DNA of 64,000 nt from IMG/VR virus record IMGVR_UViG_2799113095_000002. The stretch is one strand, 5' to 3'. Below the pieces are notes generated by a model, which saw only the letters and a list, made by a program, of their open reading frames with translations, ran no database searches and was not told where the DNA came from. Source of the stretch: a virus. Lineage: Duplodnaviria; Heunggongvirae; Uroviricota; Caudoviricetes. Numbering within the stretch: position 1 is the stretch's first letter; each line of letters starts with the position of its first letter. A program made the translations under genes and the position numbers. Positions 19,570 to 27,900 of the stretch are shown piece after piece.

Positions 19570-20405
19570 TAGGGCTGCCTCCGCTCAGCGATGAGCCGCG
19601 CCTGATTCTGCTCCCGAGCGGTGCGCGCCTTTTGGGCGTATTCAGTCTCCAATGCACCCTCCAAGCACGATTTCATGCCCTTGAGGGCGTAATAGACGAC
19701 GCTCAGCCGGTATCCGTCCGGCTTACGGAGCTGCATCGGGGTGACCCCATGCACCAGCTGATGACCCGGGAAGAAGACCGCGGTGCTGTCTCGGCACGGC
19801 AGCACCACCCCGTACTCGGGGATGTGCAGGTGCCCACCGTTCATGCCGCGCCGGAACACTGGCATCGCGCTCCAGGTTGGGAAGTTGAACCCGTCGCGGT
19901 GGTAGGGCAGCGTCGAGCTCCGGTTGATGACACCCGAAGTCCAGAGCTCGGAATCGCCCAGCTTCCAGGTAGATCCGACCTGGAGCATGGTTTCCCGGTC
20001 GCGGGCCTCGATTTTCGCGTCAATTTGGCGGAGCATCCTCGCCAGCGCCCCGGCCCACGCATCCAGCGCTGCCTCGGCTGCCGGGAACTCCTTGGCGACA
20101 CCGGACGCCCGGCACGCGTCGCGGCTGTAGCTTGGCCGCCGGGGCTGGTACCCGAAGTTGGCCGACAGGTTCTTCGCGCCCGACGCACGCCGCAGATCCG
20201 TGTACTTCAATGACAGGCAGGCCCGCCGCAGATCCGGCGCCTCCACCGGCAGCACCGCCATCACGGTCTCACCGGTATCGGCGTCTGTAGCGATGAATGG
20301 CTCGCTGTGGGTCGGCTCGTGCTCCCCGACCCGCGTACCGACGAGGGTTGTCGCCTCCTCCGGGCTCACCACCCGCCGTAAACTCAGCCGCTCCACCGGT
20401 GTCAC
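19569..20405 (-). CDS. 2-oxoglutarate/Fe(II)-dependent dioxygenase
   Basis: HxD (PYHRDGF), distal His (LVHGVTP) and RxS (YRLSVV) 14 residues later form the classical 2OG-oxygenase triad plus 2OG-binding Arg. GTG start at 20405 overlaps the ParB-like stop (GTGA). Confidence 0.6.
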   Translation of the reverse strand: MTPVERLSLRRVVSPEEATTLVGTRVGEHEPTHSEPFIATDADTGETVMAVLPVEAPDLRRACLSLKYTDLRRASGAKNLSANFGYQPRRPSYSRDACRASGVAKEFPAAEAALDAWAGALARMLRQIDAKIEARDRETMLQVGSTWKLGDSELWTSGVINRSSTLPYHRDGFNFPTWSAMPVFRRGMNGGHLHIPEYGVVLPCRDSTAVFFPGHQLVHGVTPMQLRKPDGYRLSVVYYALKGMKSCLEGALETEYAQKARTAREQNQARLIAERRQP

Positions 20406-21097
20406 TCCGCGACCGCTGGCGCTGCGTCCAGCGCGGTCTCTTCCTGCTTGAGCAGGTGCACCAACACGGATGCGTTGCTCTCCAGTGCGTGAGCGTCCGC
20501 CACCCGCTGCAACGTCTCGACCACCCACAGGTACTCGTCGCCGACGAACGTCATCACGACCATCCGCTGGTCGGACTGGTCATAGTTGGTCTTCAAGTCC
20601 TCCAGGGACGTTGCGGTGCCCTGGTTTCCGGCCAACTCGTCCTCCGGCACCGGTTCCAGCTCCTCCAGGGCCGCCGCCAGGTCATCGAGATCGTCTTGCA
20701 CGTAACCGGTGCCATCCAGGGTGTCCAGGGACTCCAGGATTTCCAGCAACGCCTCGTTGTCGTACCCACCCAAGGCTGGGATCTTGTTGTCAGCAACGAC
20801 AATCGCCTTGGCCTGCTGCTCATCCACGTCCACCAGCCAGCAGTCGATATCTGCCCAGCCGAGTTCCCGCGCCGCGAGCAAGGTGTGGTTACCGGCCAAC
20901 ACCTCGTTGGGGCGCCCGGTGTGCGTCCCACGGTTCACCACGATGGGCCGGTACTGGCCATTGGCGGTAAGCGAGGCCGCGATATCCGGGACCGAACCTC
21001 TACGCGGGTTGCCCTTGAAGGTTTTTAGCTGGGACACGGGTAGCCGCGCAGCCGAATTAACTGCGGTACCTGCGGTGTTAACTGTGGGGTCAGTCAT
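20402..21097 (-). CDS. ParB-like nuclease domain (ParB/Srx fold) protein
   Basis: N-terminal KGNPRRGSVPDIAASLTANGQYRPIVVNRGTHTGRPNEVLAGNHTLLAARELGW matches the ParB N-terminal domain pattern. Acidic C-terminal half. Confidence 0.6.
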   Translation of the reverse strand: MTDPTVNTAGTAVNSAARLPVSQLKTFKGNPRRGSVPDIAASLTANGQYRPIVVNRGTHTGRPNEVLAGNHTLLAARELGWADIDCWLVDVDEQQAKAIVVADNKIPALGGYDNEALLEILESLDTLDGTGYVQDDLDDLAAALEELEPVPEDELAGNQGTATSLEDLKTNYDQSDQRMVVMTFVGDEYLWVVETLQRVADAHALESNASVLVHLLKQEETALDAAPAVAE

Positions 21098-21441
21098 GCG
21101 GGCGCGCTCCTAGCTGGTAGCTGCTGGCTAACTTCTTGGCAACATTTTTCGAGGGGGGGCGGAACCCTTGCCGGTCCGAGGGACCTTGGGTTCGGCGGGC
21201 AACTTTTCACCCCGCCCCCGGGTATCTGCGGTGGCCGTGTGGTCCGTTGGGGCCTGGTGACGAGGGGTTCGTCTCTGGGTCGGGGTCGTTCGGGTGTGTG
21301 CTCGTACAGCGATGGTGGTGGGGTGGGCCCGCAGCGGTGTTGGCGCGGTTGGCTAACTCGCCTCGTTCCCCGAGGTTGGGAGGGGTGTTAGCCAACGGTG
21401 TCCGGGTGTTAGCTGGGTGTGGGGCGTTGTTAGCTGGCGGG
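21098..21441. repeat. 344-bp intergenic region with clustered short repeats (TTAGCTGG x3; inverted GTTGGCTAAC / GTTAGCCAAC); candidate parS-like or packaging (cos/pac) site
   Basis: Motif copies at about 21104, 21125, 21349, 21387, 21408 and 21428. It is the only large non-coding gap in the packaging region. Confidence 0.5.
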
Positions 21442-22170
21442 TTACCAGGTTTCGGACGGTTGGCCGATGGCGATGTTGGGTTCGGCGTCGCCTCGGCGGA
21501 TGTTGCAGTTCAGGTGGCTGGGTCGGAAGTTCCTGGGGTCCAGCGCGAGCTCGGGGGCCTCGGATACCGGGATGGCGTGGTCCACGGAGAAACTGTCCGG
21601 GTGGGGTGCTTTGAGGCTGTAGTCGATGGGGCGCTGGTCCAGCCAGCACACGTCGCCGCGCTCCTCGCACTCCTTACGGAAGGTGGCCTTGAGTTCTTGG
21701 TAGTGGCGGCCGCGTGGGCGTCCTTGTGCGTCGAGGCCGGGCACATGCTGGGCGGGGGTGCTGCCGGTGGTGGGGTGTTCCTCGTACCAGCGTTTGATGG
21801 CGCCCTGTAGCTGCCATGGCCGTTCGGCGCGTGCGCGTTCCATGACGGTGTCTTGGCCGGGGTCGATGGTGATGACCTCAGCGCCGTACGAGCGGTACTT
21901 CGTGAGCATCGCGGTGCTCGGGGTGGAGTGGATCAGGAACACGTCGTGCTCACCGACGAGGGTGAGGGCGGTGTCGATGGCTGCCTGTCGGGCCGCCTTG
22001 GTGACTGCCTTCACGTGGTCGGGGTGGTCGTGGCGGTGGGGGCTGTCGTCTTGTGGGGTGAGGGTGCAGGCGAGGGCGTCGTAGTCGATGGTGATGTCAC
22101 CGGGCCGCGAGTTGTCCCGCACCCATGTGGACTTGCCTGCTGCCGGCGGACCAACCACCACGAACAGCAC
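21442..22170 (-). CDS. P-loop nucleotide/polynucleotide kinase-like domain fused to an HNH nuclease domain
   Basis: ORF 21442..22314 trimmed to a GTG at 22170 (TAGTG overlap). Walker A VVVGPPAAGKSTW at the N-terminus. C-terminal VDHAIPVSE...PSHLNCN resembles the HNH motif. Confidence 0.55.
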   Translation of the reverse strand: MLFVVVGPPAAGKSTWVRDNSRPGDITIDYDALACTLTPQDDSPHRHDHPDHVKAVTKAARQAAIDTALTLVGEHDVFLIHSTPSTAMLTKYRSYGAEVITIDPGQDTVMERARAERPWQLQGAIKRWYEEHPTTGSTPAQHVPGLDAQGRPRGRHYQELKATFRKECEERGDVCWLDQRPIDYSLKAPHPDSFSVDHAIPVSEAPELALDPRNFRPSHLNCNIRRGDAEPNIAIGQPSETW

Positions 22171-22394
22171 TAGACCGCCACCAGGTGGCCGCACTCCAGG
22201 CAGCGGGGTGTACCGCAGTAACCGGTGATGCGCATGCGATCGTCGGCTGCCAGCACCACGGCGCCGTGGGCGGGTGCGCCCGGTCCGGCCAGGGTGCCGT
22301 CCAGGCGGAACCATTCGCTACCGCATTTGACGCACTGGTGGTTGGTGGTCGGTGGGGTGCGGTGCTCGCCGAGTTGGATGACGTTGTCTGCCAT
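22170..22394 (-). CDS. small zinc-ribbon protein
   Basis: MADNVIQLGEHRT...CVKCGSEW...CGTPRCLECGH carries two CxxC pairs. ORF 22170..22466 trimmed to M25. Confidence 0.4.
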   Translation of the reverse strand: MADNVIQLGEHRTPPTTNHQCVKCGSEWFRLDGTLAGPGAPAHGAVVLAADDRMRITGYCGTPRCLECGHLVAV

Positions 22395-22636
22395 CAGCGC
22401 AACCACCGGAGCAGGCGCAGGAACGGTCGCTTCCACCGTGGCGCGGTGAGGTAGCGCACCGTCCAATGGGTATCTGCGATGAGCGTGTGGGCGCGGGTGA
22501 GCGGGTCCGGGCGGTCGAGTGGTTCTAAGTCAGGTGTAAGTCCGCCGAACCCATAGACCCCTGAATGTTTCTCGACATGGACGACACCGCCGATAACTAC
22601 ACCCACGAGTCCCTGGTGGGGTGCCAGGTGCGTCAT
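22394..22636 (-). CDS. hypothetical protein
   Basis: ORF 22394..22840 trimmed to MTHLAPHQGLVG; the upstream part is Pro/Arg-rich overlap. Confidence 0.3.
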   Translation of the reverse strand: MTHLAPHQGLVGVVIGGVVHVEKHSGVYGFGGLTPDLEPLDRPDPLTRAHTLIADTHWTVRYLTAPRWKRPFLRLLRWLR

Positions 22637-22968
22637 CAGCTTCCCCAGCCACGCGGGGTGCCAGGGAGGTTCGGCTGGACGTGCTCCCGGTAGTACTCCA
22701 TCTGCGCTTGCCACTTCGTGAAGGCGGCGAGGTACGTCCGGCGGCGTTCGTTGTTCCGTTCCCGCGCCGCGACCCGGAGGCAGTCCAGCGGGTCCGTCTC
22801 GTGGCAGCGCATGCAGCGGACATCGCCGCACGTCCGGCACTTGTAGCCGCCGTGGACGCCGCTGATGTCGATGTAGGCGCTGGTGTCCCAGTCGTGGGCC
22901 TGGTCCGGGAGGTGTTCCTCTTCGTATTCCGGTTTGAGCGGGCGTGCCGGTGCCGGGATCGTGGTCAT
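22636..22968 (-). CDS. Cys-rich zinc-finger-like protein
   Basis: MTTIPAPARPLKPEYEEEHLPDQ...CRTCGDVRCMRCHETDPLDC. Coupled ATGA overlaps on both sides. Confidence 0.4.
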   Translation of the reverse strand: MTTIPAPARPLKPEYEEEHLPDQAHDWDTSAYIDISGVHGGYKCRTCGDVRCMRCHETDPLDCLRVAARERNNERRRTYLAAFTKWQAQMEYYREHVQPNLPGTPRGWGS

Positions 22969-23390
22969 GCGTTCACCGAGGGCTGCTCGGTGGGTGCCGG
23001 GTCGCTGTCCACGGCGCACGGGCACTGCGGGGCCGGTTCACCATCCACCGGTGCCGCGAGCCACGGTGTGGCGGCCTCGGTGCAGCCGTTCGCCTTGTGC
23101 GGCGGGTGGGGGCAGTATCCGCACACTGGATCCGAGTCCGCGGCTTCGGGGCGTTCCGCGTACGCGACGAACTCATGCCACGTGTACGCCTCGATCGGCA
23201 GGTCCAAATGGTCCTCAGCTGCCCGGGGAATGGCCTCCGGCGGAACGGTGCTCGCCCGGTACTCGACTATTTGGAGGCCTTCGGCGGCGGCGGTCCGCTC
23301 GAACGATTCCCGCGCCAGCCACCGCAGCACATCCGCGTCGGTGTCGGGTGGCTGCGGGAACAAGGTCCGCAGCTGTCGCGCGGCGCTCAC
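22965..23390 (-). CDS. hypothetical protein
   Basis: 141-aa ORF with unbiased composition in the coupled gene array. Confidence 0.4.
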   Translation of the reverse strand: MSAARQLRTLFPQPPDTDADVLRWLARESFERTAAAEGLQIVEYRASTVPPEAIPRAAEDHLDLPIEAYTWHEFVAYAERPEAADSDPVCGYCPHPPHKANGCTEAATPWLAAPVDGEPAPQCPCAVDSDPAPTEQPSVNA

Positions 23391-23773
23391 GCTGACGCCG
23401 CCACGTACACACGCCCTATGACGCGCGGCAGCACCTCGACGGGGATGTCCTCACTGCCGGCCACCACGAACGCGTCCGCGTTGCCCCGGTAGTAGCCGCC
23501 GGTACGCGCCGACATGAAGTGGGCGGTGCCTCCCCACACGTGGTGCACGCGCATATCGCCGACGCTGGTACGGGTGGACTCGATTTCAGGCTGGGCGAGG
23601 TGTCCATCCTCGATGAGGGACCGCATCGCGGATAGCGCTTCCTCGTGGCGCTGGGCAAGGTAGATCACCCGGCGCTGGTGACGGAGCTCGGCAGCGACCA
23701 ACTCGAGTACGGCGTATCGCGCAGCCTTGGGATCGGGTGCGTCGATGGTTATGACGCCGGTTGGGGCGGTCAT
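23387..23773 (-). CDS. hypothetical protein
   Basis: 128-aa ORF; 4-nt overlap with its neighbours. Confidence 0.4.
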   Translation of the reverse strand: MTAPTGVITIDAPDPKAARYAVLELVAAELRHQRRVIYLAQRHEEALSAMRSLIEDGHLAQPEIESTRTSVGDMRVHHVWGGTAHFMSARTGGYYRGNADAFVVAGSEDIPVEVLPRVIGRVYVAASA

Positions 23774-24108
23774 GCGGATGGCCCTGCTGCAGTGTTGATC
23801 GAGCCCGAATCATCAATCAGTTCAGCCTCGGTGGCAGGGATGAAGCCGATGACCCCGGATCTGACTGTGCCAACCGGCTGGGGGGCGGTCTTCGCGATGG
23901 AGGCGTTGGACCACATCAGGGCCTCCTCCAGCTTCGTCAACGCGAGGGACTTCTCTCGACCGGGCGGCAGCACCTCATCAAGGCAGTGGGCGATGTGGGC
24001 GCATTGCCCCCGGACGTAGTCGAGCGTGACCACCCGGTCCTCGCCGGAAAGGTGGTAGTTGAAGCGTTGGTCGATGTCTGCACGGCTGCTTGGGGTGGCG
24101 TGACTCAT
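23770..24108 (-). CDS. hypothetical protein
   Basis: ORF 23770..24384 trimmed to MSHATPSSRADIDQ, which has an AGGAGA RBS 8 nt upstream. Confidence 0.4.
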   Translation of the reverse strand: MSHATPSSRADIDQRFNYHLSGEDRVVTLDYVRGQCAHIAHCLDEVLPPGREKSLALTKLEEALMWSNASIAKTAPQPVGTVRSGVIGFIPATEAELIDDSGSINTAAGPSA

Positions 24109-24179
24109 GCTGGGTTCTCCTGTGCTGCTGGGTGTGGGCTGGGTTTCGTCGCTGGGGAGCCAGAGTCGGCGAGTGAGGG

Positions 24180-24680
24180 TCAGACCGGGTTCGGCGCCGG
24201 GTTGTTCTGGAACCACTGCTCGTACTGGGTCTGGGTGAGGAACGGGTAGCGCTGCACCGTGGTCAGATTCACCTCGGTACCGGCGGTCACGGGCGCGATG
24301 ATCGCGAAGTTCCGCCAGGTACGGTCCCCCCGGTTGAACACCACGTTCGAGAAGCTGATGTCGATGAAGAGGTCTGCCGGCCACGCGAGGAGCGCGGTGT
24401 TGGCGAACAGCTTCATCCCGAGAGTGCCGTTGGGGTGGCGGAGGCGGCCTTCATCGAGGCGCCCCTCAAACGTGTCGAGGGCGAAGTCCGTTGGGCGGGG
24501 GTCGTAGTTCGCGGCCCGGAACGCCCAGCCCTGCGGGAGCCGGTACCGGAACAGGACCGTGGCCGTGATGGGGCGGATGTCGGGCTCGTTATCCAGGTCG
24601 GTGTTGCGGTCTGCGACGCCCGCCCACGTGTCGTACATGACCGTGAACGACTGCGGGACAGCGAGACCCGGACCGGTCAC
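24180..24680 (-). CDS. hypothetical protein
   Basis: 166-aa ORF with normal composition. Confidence 0.45.
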   Translation of the reverse strand: MTGPGLAVPQSFTVMYDTWAGVADRNTDLDNEPDIRPITATVLFRYRLPQGWAFRAANYDPRPTDFALDTFEGRLDEGRLRHPNGTLGMKLFANTALLAWPADLFIDISFSNVVFNRGDRTWRNFAIIAPVTAGTEVNLTTVQRYPFLTQTQYEQWFQNNPAPNPV

Positions 24681-24979
24681 TTGGCTTTGTTGCCCTTGCC
24701 GTTGTCGGCGGTGGTCTCGTAAGCGGAGCCGTCGTGGACGGTCTCCAGTACCTCGGGGTCGCCGTTACCTTCGGGTTCGTCGCCCTCGGGGCCGTCTACC
24801 GCTGGGTCGGTGAGTAGCGGGTTGGTTTCGGTGGTGAGGACGGTCAGCTCTCCGCTGGCGTTCGCGCGGGTGGCCGCGATCGACAGCGCGCCGTCCGGCC
24901 CTTCCACGAGGGAGAAGTTCTCCACGTCCTGCGCGTACTCGATCCGGTCGTTGAACCGGATCTCCAAACGTCCTGGCAT
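24677..24979 (-). CDS. hypothetical acidic protein
   Basis: ORF 24677..25090 trimmed to MPGRLEIRFNDRIEY, which has a GAAGGAGCA RBS. Very acidic C-terminus. Confidence 0.4.
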   Translation of the reverse strand: MPGRLEIRFNDRIEYAQDVENFSLVEGPDGALSIAATRANASGELTVLTTETNPLLTDPAVDGPEGDEPEGNGDPEVLETVHDGSAYETTADNGKGNKAK

Positions 24980-25404
24980 GGTGTGCTCCTTCGGTATCCA
25001 GGTGTGATGCTCGGCTGCTAGCTCGAACACCCCGCGTAGCCACGGCGGGCTTGCCGGATTTGGCATTAGCTTAATTCCCTTGTGCTGCAACTATTTTGAG
25101 GTGCGCCGGGCGGTAGTTGTCGCCCGTCGTCGTGACGCGTAGCTGCCAGACGTGTTCCACGCGAGGGCGGATAGCCCGGCCCGGCGCACCAGCTCAATGA
25201 CTTCCCGCCCCGCGCGACGCGCAGCGCGCCCTCCACCCCTACGAGGCTTCCTGGGTGTCCGGCCAATCCTCCGCCCCAGCAAGACGGTAATGACGGGATC
25301 GGCCTGCAATAGCCCGGCGCAACAGCTGTCGCGGCAACGGGCCGCGCGCTTACCGGGCAAGCACATACCGGCTCAACGAGGCGCGCGGGGCGGAAAGGGT
25401 CAGA

Positions 25405-25450
25405 AACGAGAAAAGGCCCCCGGAAGACTCACGGAGGCCTGAACTCTGGG
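25405..25450 (-). terminator. putative intrinsic terminator: GC stem-loop followed by a U-rich tract on the minus strand
   Basis: Minus-strand RNA AGGCCUCCGUGAGUCUUCCGGGGGCCU followed by UUUCUCGUUUCUG, about 100 nt downstream of the membrane-protein gene end. Confidence 0.45.
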
Positions 25451-25547
25451 CATAGCTCTGCCCACCACACCTGTATAACACGTTACGTCCAACAACCCAC
25501 GGAGGCGGAGGGCAACTTTTCGGAAATCCCGAAGAGTTCCCGCCTGG

Positions 25548-26159
25548 CTATCGGCTGCCTTGCTCCTGCGAAGCGGGAGCAGGTCCCGGCTCAGCCTCGG
25601 GTTGGGGCGTCGCCTCGGGCTCAGGTATTGCGTCCGGCAGCTCGGCGGACGCCGCGTGAAGGCGTTTCAACTGGCCGCGCAGCCCCATGACTGCTTCGGT
25701 ATTGCCCTGTAGGAAGAAATCGGACAACCCAGGTACTCGATAGTCCTTCTTAAATGAGAAGTAAGCGAGCGCCCAGCCGCTGCCCACCATGACTATCACC
25801 ATGGCTATCCCGATAATCACCCCGACCGTGTCGCGTTGGCGGGCCATCATGCCGACAAACCAGAAGGCGCCCACGCCAGCTGCGATGAAGAAGCAGCCTA
25901 TGAACCCGTTCAGCAGGTCGGAACGCGGACGGCTATCAGCCATCGCCCGCCCTTTGAGCCGAACCGCCACCGACTGGCGCAGCCACAAGGCGTGCGCGGC
26001 GAGCCCGACAGCGGACAACTTGTCCGCCAGCTCAAGGTCTTTGGATAGAGCCTCCCAGGTGCGATGCCGCGAACCCCTCCAGGCCGCCAATGCCCATCCA
26101 GACAGGAGGGTCACGACCGGCAGCACGACCGCCGTCACTACGGTTGCCTTGTCGTCCAT
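25548..26159 (-). CDS. integral membrane protein (3 predicted TM helices, Pro/Glu-rich C-terminal tail)
   Basis: Hydrophobic segments VVTAVVLPVVTLLSGWALAAW and FIGCFFIAAGVGAFWFVGMM...VIIGIAMVIVMVGSGWALAY. Last gene before the terminator. Confidence 0.5.
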   Translation of the reverse strand: MDDKATVVTAVVLPVVTLLSGWALAAWRGSRHRTWEALSKDLELADKLSAVGLAAHALWLRQSVAVRLKGRAMADSRPRSDLLNGFIGCFFIAAGVGAFWFVGMMARQRDTVGVIIGIAMVIVMVGSGWALAYFSFKKDYRVPGLSDFFLQGNTEAVMGLRGQLKRLHAASAELPDAIPEPEATPQPEAEPGPAPASQEQGSR

Positions 26160-26166
26160 GAAGGCC

Positions 26167-26355
26167 CTACTTCGGTTCTACGGGTGCGCCCTGCACGTTG
26201 AACGCGCACCCGGCGTATCGATCCAACGCCGATAGGTCGCGGCATCGCTGCTTGGCGTCGTCTTCGTCCAGCCAGATCGACTCCACCTCGTAGTGATGGA
26301 TGATGTCCGAGTCTTTCTCCCAGAACACGGCGATTGCTGCGTACATGGTCGTCAC
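26167..26355 (-). CDS. small hypothetical protein (62 aa)
   Basis: MTTMYAAIAVFWEKDSDIIHHYEVESIW...; 7-nt gap to the membrane gene and ATGA overlap with the upstream gene. Confidence 0.4.
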   Translation of the reverse strand: MTTMYAAIAVFWEKDSDIIHHYEVESIWLDEDDAKQRCRDLSALDRYAGCAFNVQGAPVEPK

Positions 26356-26774
26356 GCTGGCTCCCCTCGATCCTTCGGTGCCAGAACCTTAGCCCGGCAG
26401 GTGTGCACCGCCAGCAGCGCCGCCGCGACCGCTGGAACGTCGGCCCCTCGGAGTGGTCGCGGGATGCCGGCCAACGCGATGCGCCCCGCCTTGTCGAGGC
26501 AGACCTCACCATCCGCCCAGGGCTGCTCACTCAACGGGACCCGCACCGCCCAGCCGCCGTACCCGTCCGGTCCGACATTCGGTATCTCCACCAGGAGGAT
26601 TCCCTCGGCCGCGAGGAGATCTGGGAGCACGGACGCTATTCGCCCGGCCACCTCCTCCGGCGTCCGCACTTCAACGAAAGCCTCAGGGTCCCGGATGAAG
26701 CTCGGGTCATGGGTACGGCTCAACAGGTGCGGGATACCCGCGATCACCCGCGCCAACACCGTGCCGACTGCCAT
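26352..26774 (-). CDS. hypothetical protein, first gene of a small leftward operon
   Basis: ORF 26352..27038 trimmed to MAVGTVLARVIAGIPHLL; the upstream part is antisense to the + strand gene. Divergent from 26826..27359. Confidence 0.4.
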   Translation of the reverse strand: MAVGTVLARVIAGIPHLLSRTHDPSFIRDPEAFVEVRTPEEVAGRIASVLPDLLAAEGILLVEIPNVGPDGYGGWAVRVPLSEQPWADGEVCLDKAGRIALAGIPRPLRGADVPAVAAALLAVHTCRAKVLAPKDRGEPA

Positions 26775-26825
26775 AGACCACGTTCTACCCGCCGCCACCG
26801 ACACAACCCACCTATCGTGAGCGGC

Positions 26826-27359
26826 ATGAAACTCTCTGAGAGTGTGGTGGACGCCCTGGACGCCTACGAGGAATTTCTCATCGTCAAGGACGTGCGCACG
26901 AAGATTGACGACATGCTGTTCTGGGCGAGGAAGCGGCGCGCGCAGTACAGCCCTATCTACGCCCTCTCCGAGTATTACGTGTCGTACCAGAACGCGTGGT
27001 ACATCGAGGTGACCCGCGACCGCCAGAGTGAAGCGCACGCGGCTGTGAAGGCCGCTGCCGAGAAATACAAGAAAGCACTTCAGATTGCGTGGATGCCAGG
27101 CGCGGAAACGGTCTTAGGTGGCCTCGGATTGCCGAACGCTGCCGACATAGAAGAGCAGGTCGCCCACCGTCCGGCTCTGTGGAAGTGGCAGTACCGAATC
27201 GGCTACCGGTGGAGCCCCATCCTGCCGCACCAGCACCTACCCGGCCAATCATCCCTACTGTCATCCGAATCCAAGCTCTACCCGCTGAATGTCCCTGATC
27301 CGTCAGCAGCAGTGCACTTTTGGAGGGAAGTCGCGAGAGAGAGCCGCAGGACCAGCTAG
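26826..27359 (+). CDS. hypothetical protein; the only plus-strand gene inside the prophage body
   Basis: ORF 26334..27359 trimmed to MKLSESVVDALDAYEEFLIVKD; the upstream 164 residues are Arg-rich. Lys/Tyr/Trp-containing, unbiased sequence. Convergent with 27356..27781. Confidence 0.45.
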   Translation: MKLSESVVDALDAYEEFLIVKDVRTKIDDMLFWARKRRAQYSPIYALSEYYVSYQNAWYIEVTRDRQSEAHAAVKAAAEKYKKALQIAWMPGAETVLGGLGLPNAADIEEQVAHRPALWKWQYRIGYRWSPILPHQHLPGQSSLLSSESKLYPLNVPDPSAAVHFWREVARESRRTS

Positions 27360-27781
27360 TCCCATGGGTTGTCGTATCGCCAGTCGCCCATGATGTCGCC
27401 GGGGTGTTCCCTGAACCCCCGCCGGGTGATCTGTTGCCATTCCATCGAGATAGGCATGAGCGGGGGCCGGTCGATCAGTAAGTCCAGGTAGCGCGGTACC
27501 TGCTCGAAGACGGGGGCCGCCTCGGTGCCCGAGCGGTGCTCATCCCAGCCCAGCATGTAGTCAGAGGGCCACACATCCACACGGGATGACGCGAGCACCA
27601 CCGTCAGGTAAGTGCCGTGCTCATCGACGGACAGCACTCCCCGTGCCCGCGCCGTCCTCTGGTCACGGATGTTCGGGCCCAACCGCCACCAGCAGTCCAA
27701 CGCTCCCGGCACACGCCGGGCCGATGCCTCACGCGGCGCGGCCTCGATCCGCGCCGGCAGGCGGTCAGGCATCGCCGTCAC
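27356..27781 (-). CDS. hypothetical protein
   Basis: 141-aa ORF from a GTG at 27781 that overlaps the upstream small-ORF stop (GTGA). Confidence 0.4.
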   Translation of the reverse strand: MTAMPDRLPARIEAAPREASARRVPGALDCWWRLGPNIRDQRTARARGVLSVDEHGTYLTVVLASSRVDVWPSDYMLGWDEHRSGTEAAPVFEQVPRYLDLLIDRPPLMPISMEWQQITRRGFREHPGDIMGDWRYDNPWD

Positions 27782-27900
27782 GCCCGCTCGCGCTCTCGCC
27801 GTGCCGCCAGCATCGGGCAGTCATTGCCTCCGCAGCCCAGTTCGCAAGGTCTTCCTCGGTAGCCGCACTTTGGGCATTGTTCCGGAACGTCAATACTCAT
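27781..27900 (-). CDS. small zinc-ribbon peptide (about 40 aa)
   Basis: MSIDVPEQCPKCGYRGRPCELGCGGNDCPM..., found by hand below the track's length threshold. ATGA/GTGA overlaps at both ends. Confidence 0.3.

Noticed and set aside
21136-21810. 224-aa plus-strand ORF spanning the repeat region and the HNH gene
   Set aside because: Gly/Ala/Val-rich low-complexity translation, antisense to 21442..22170. The intergenic part is better explained as repeats.
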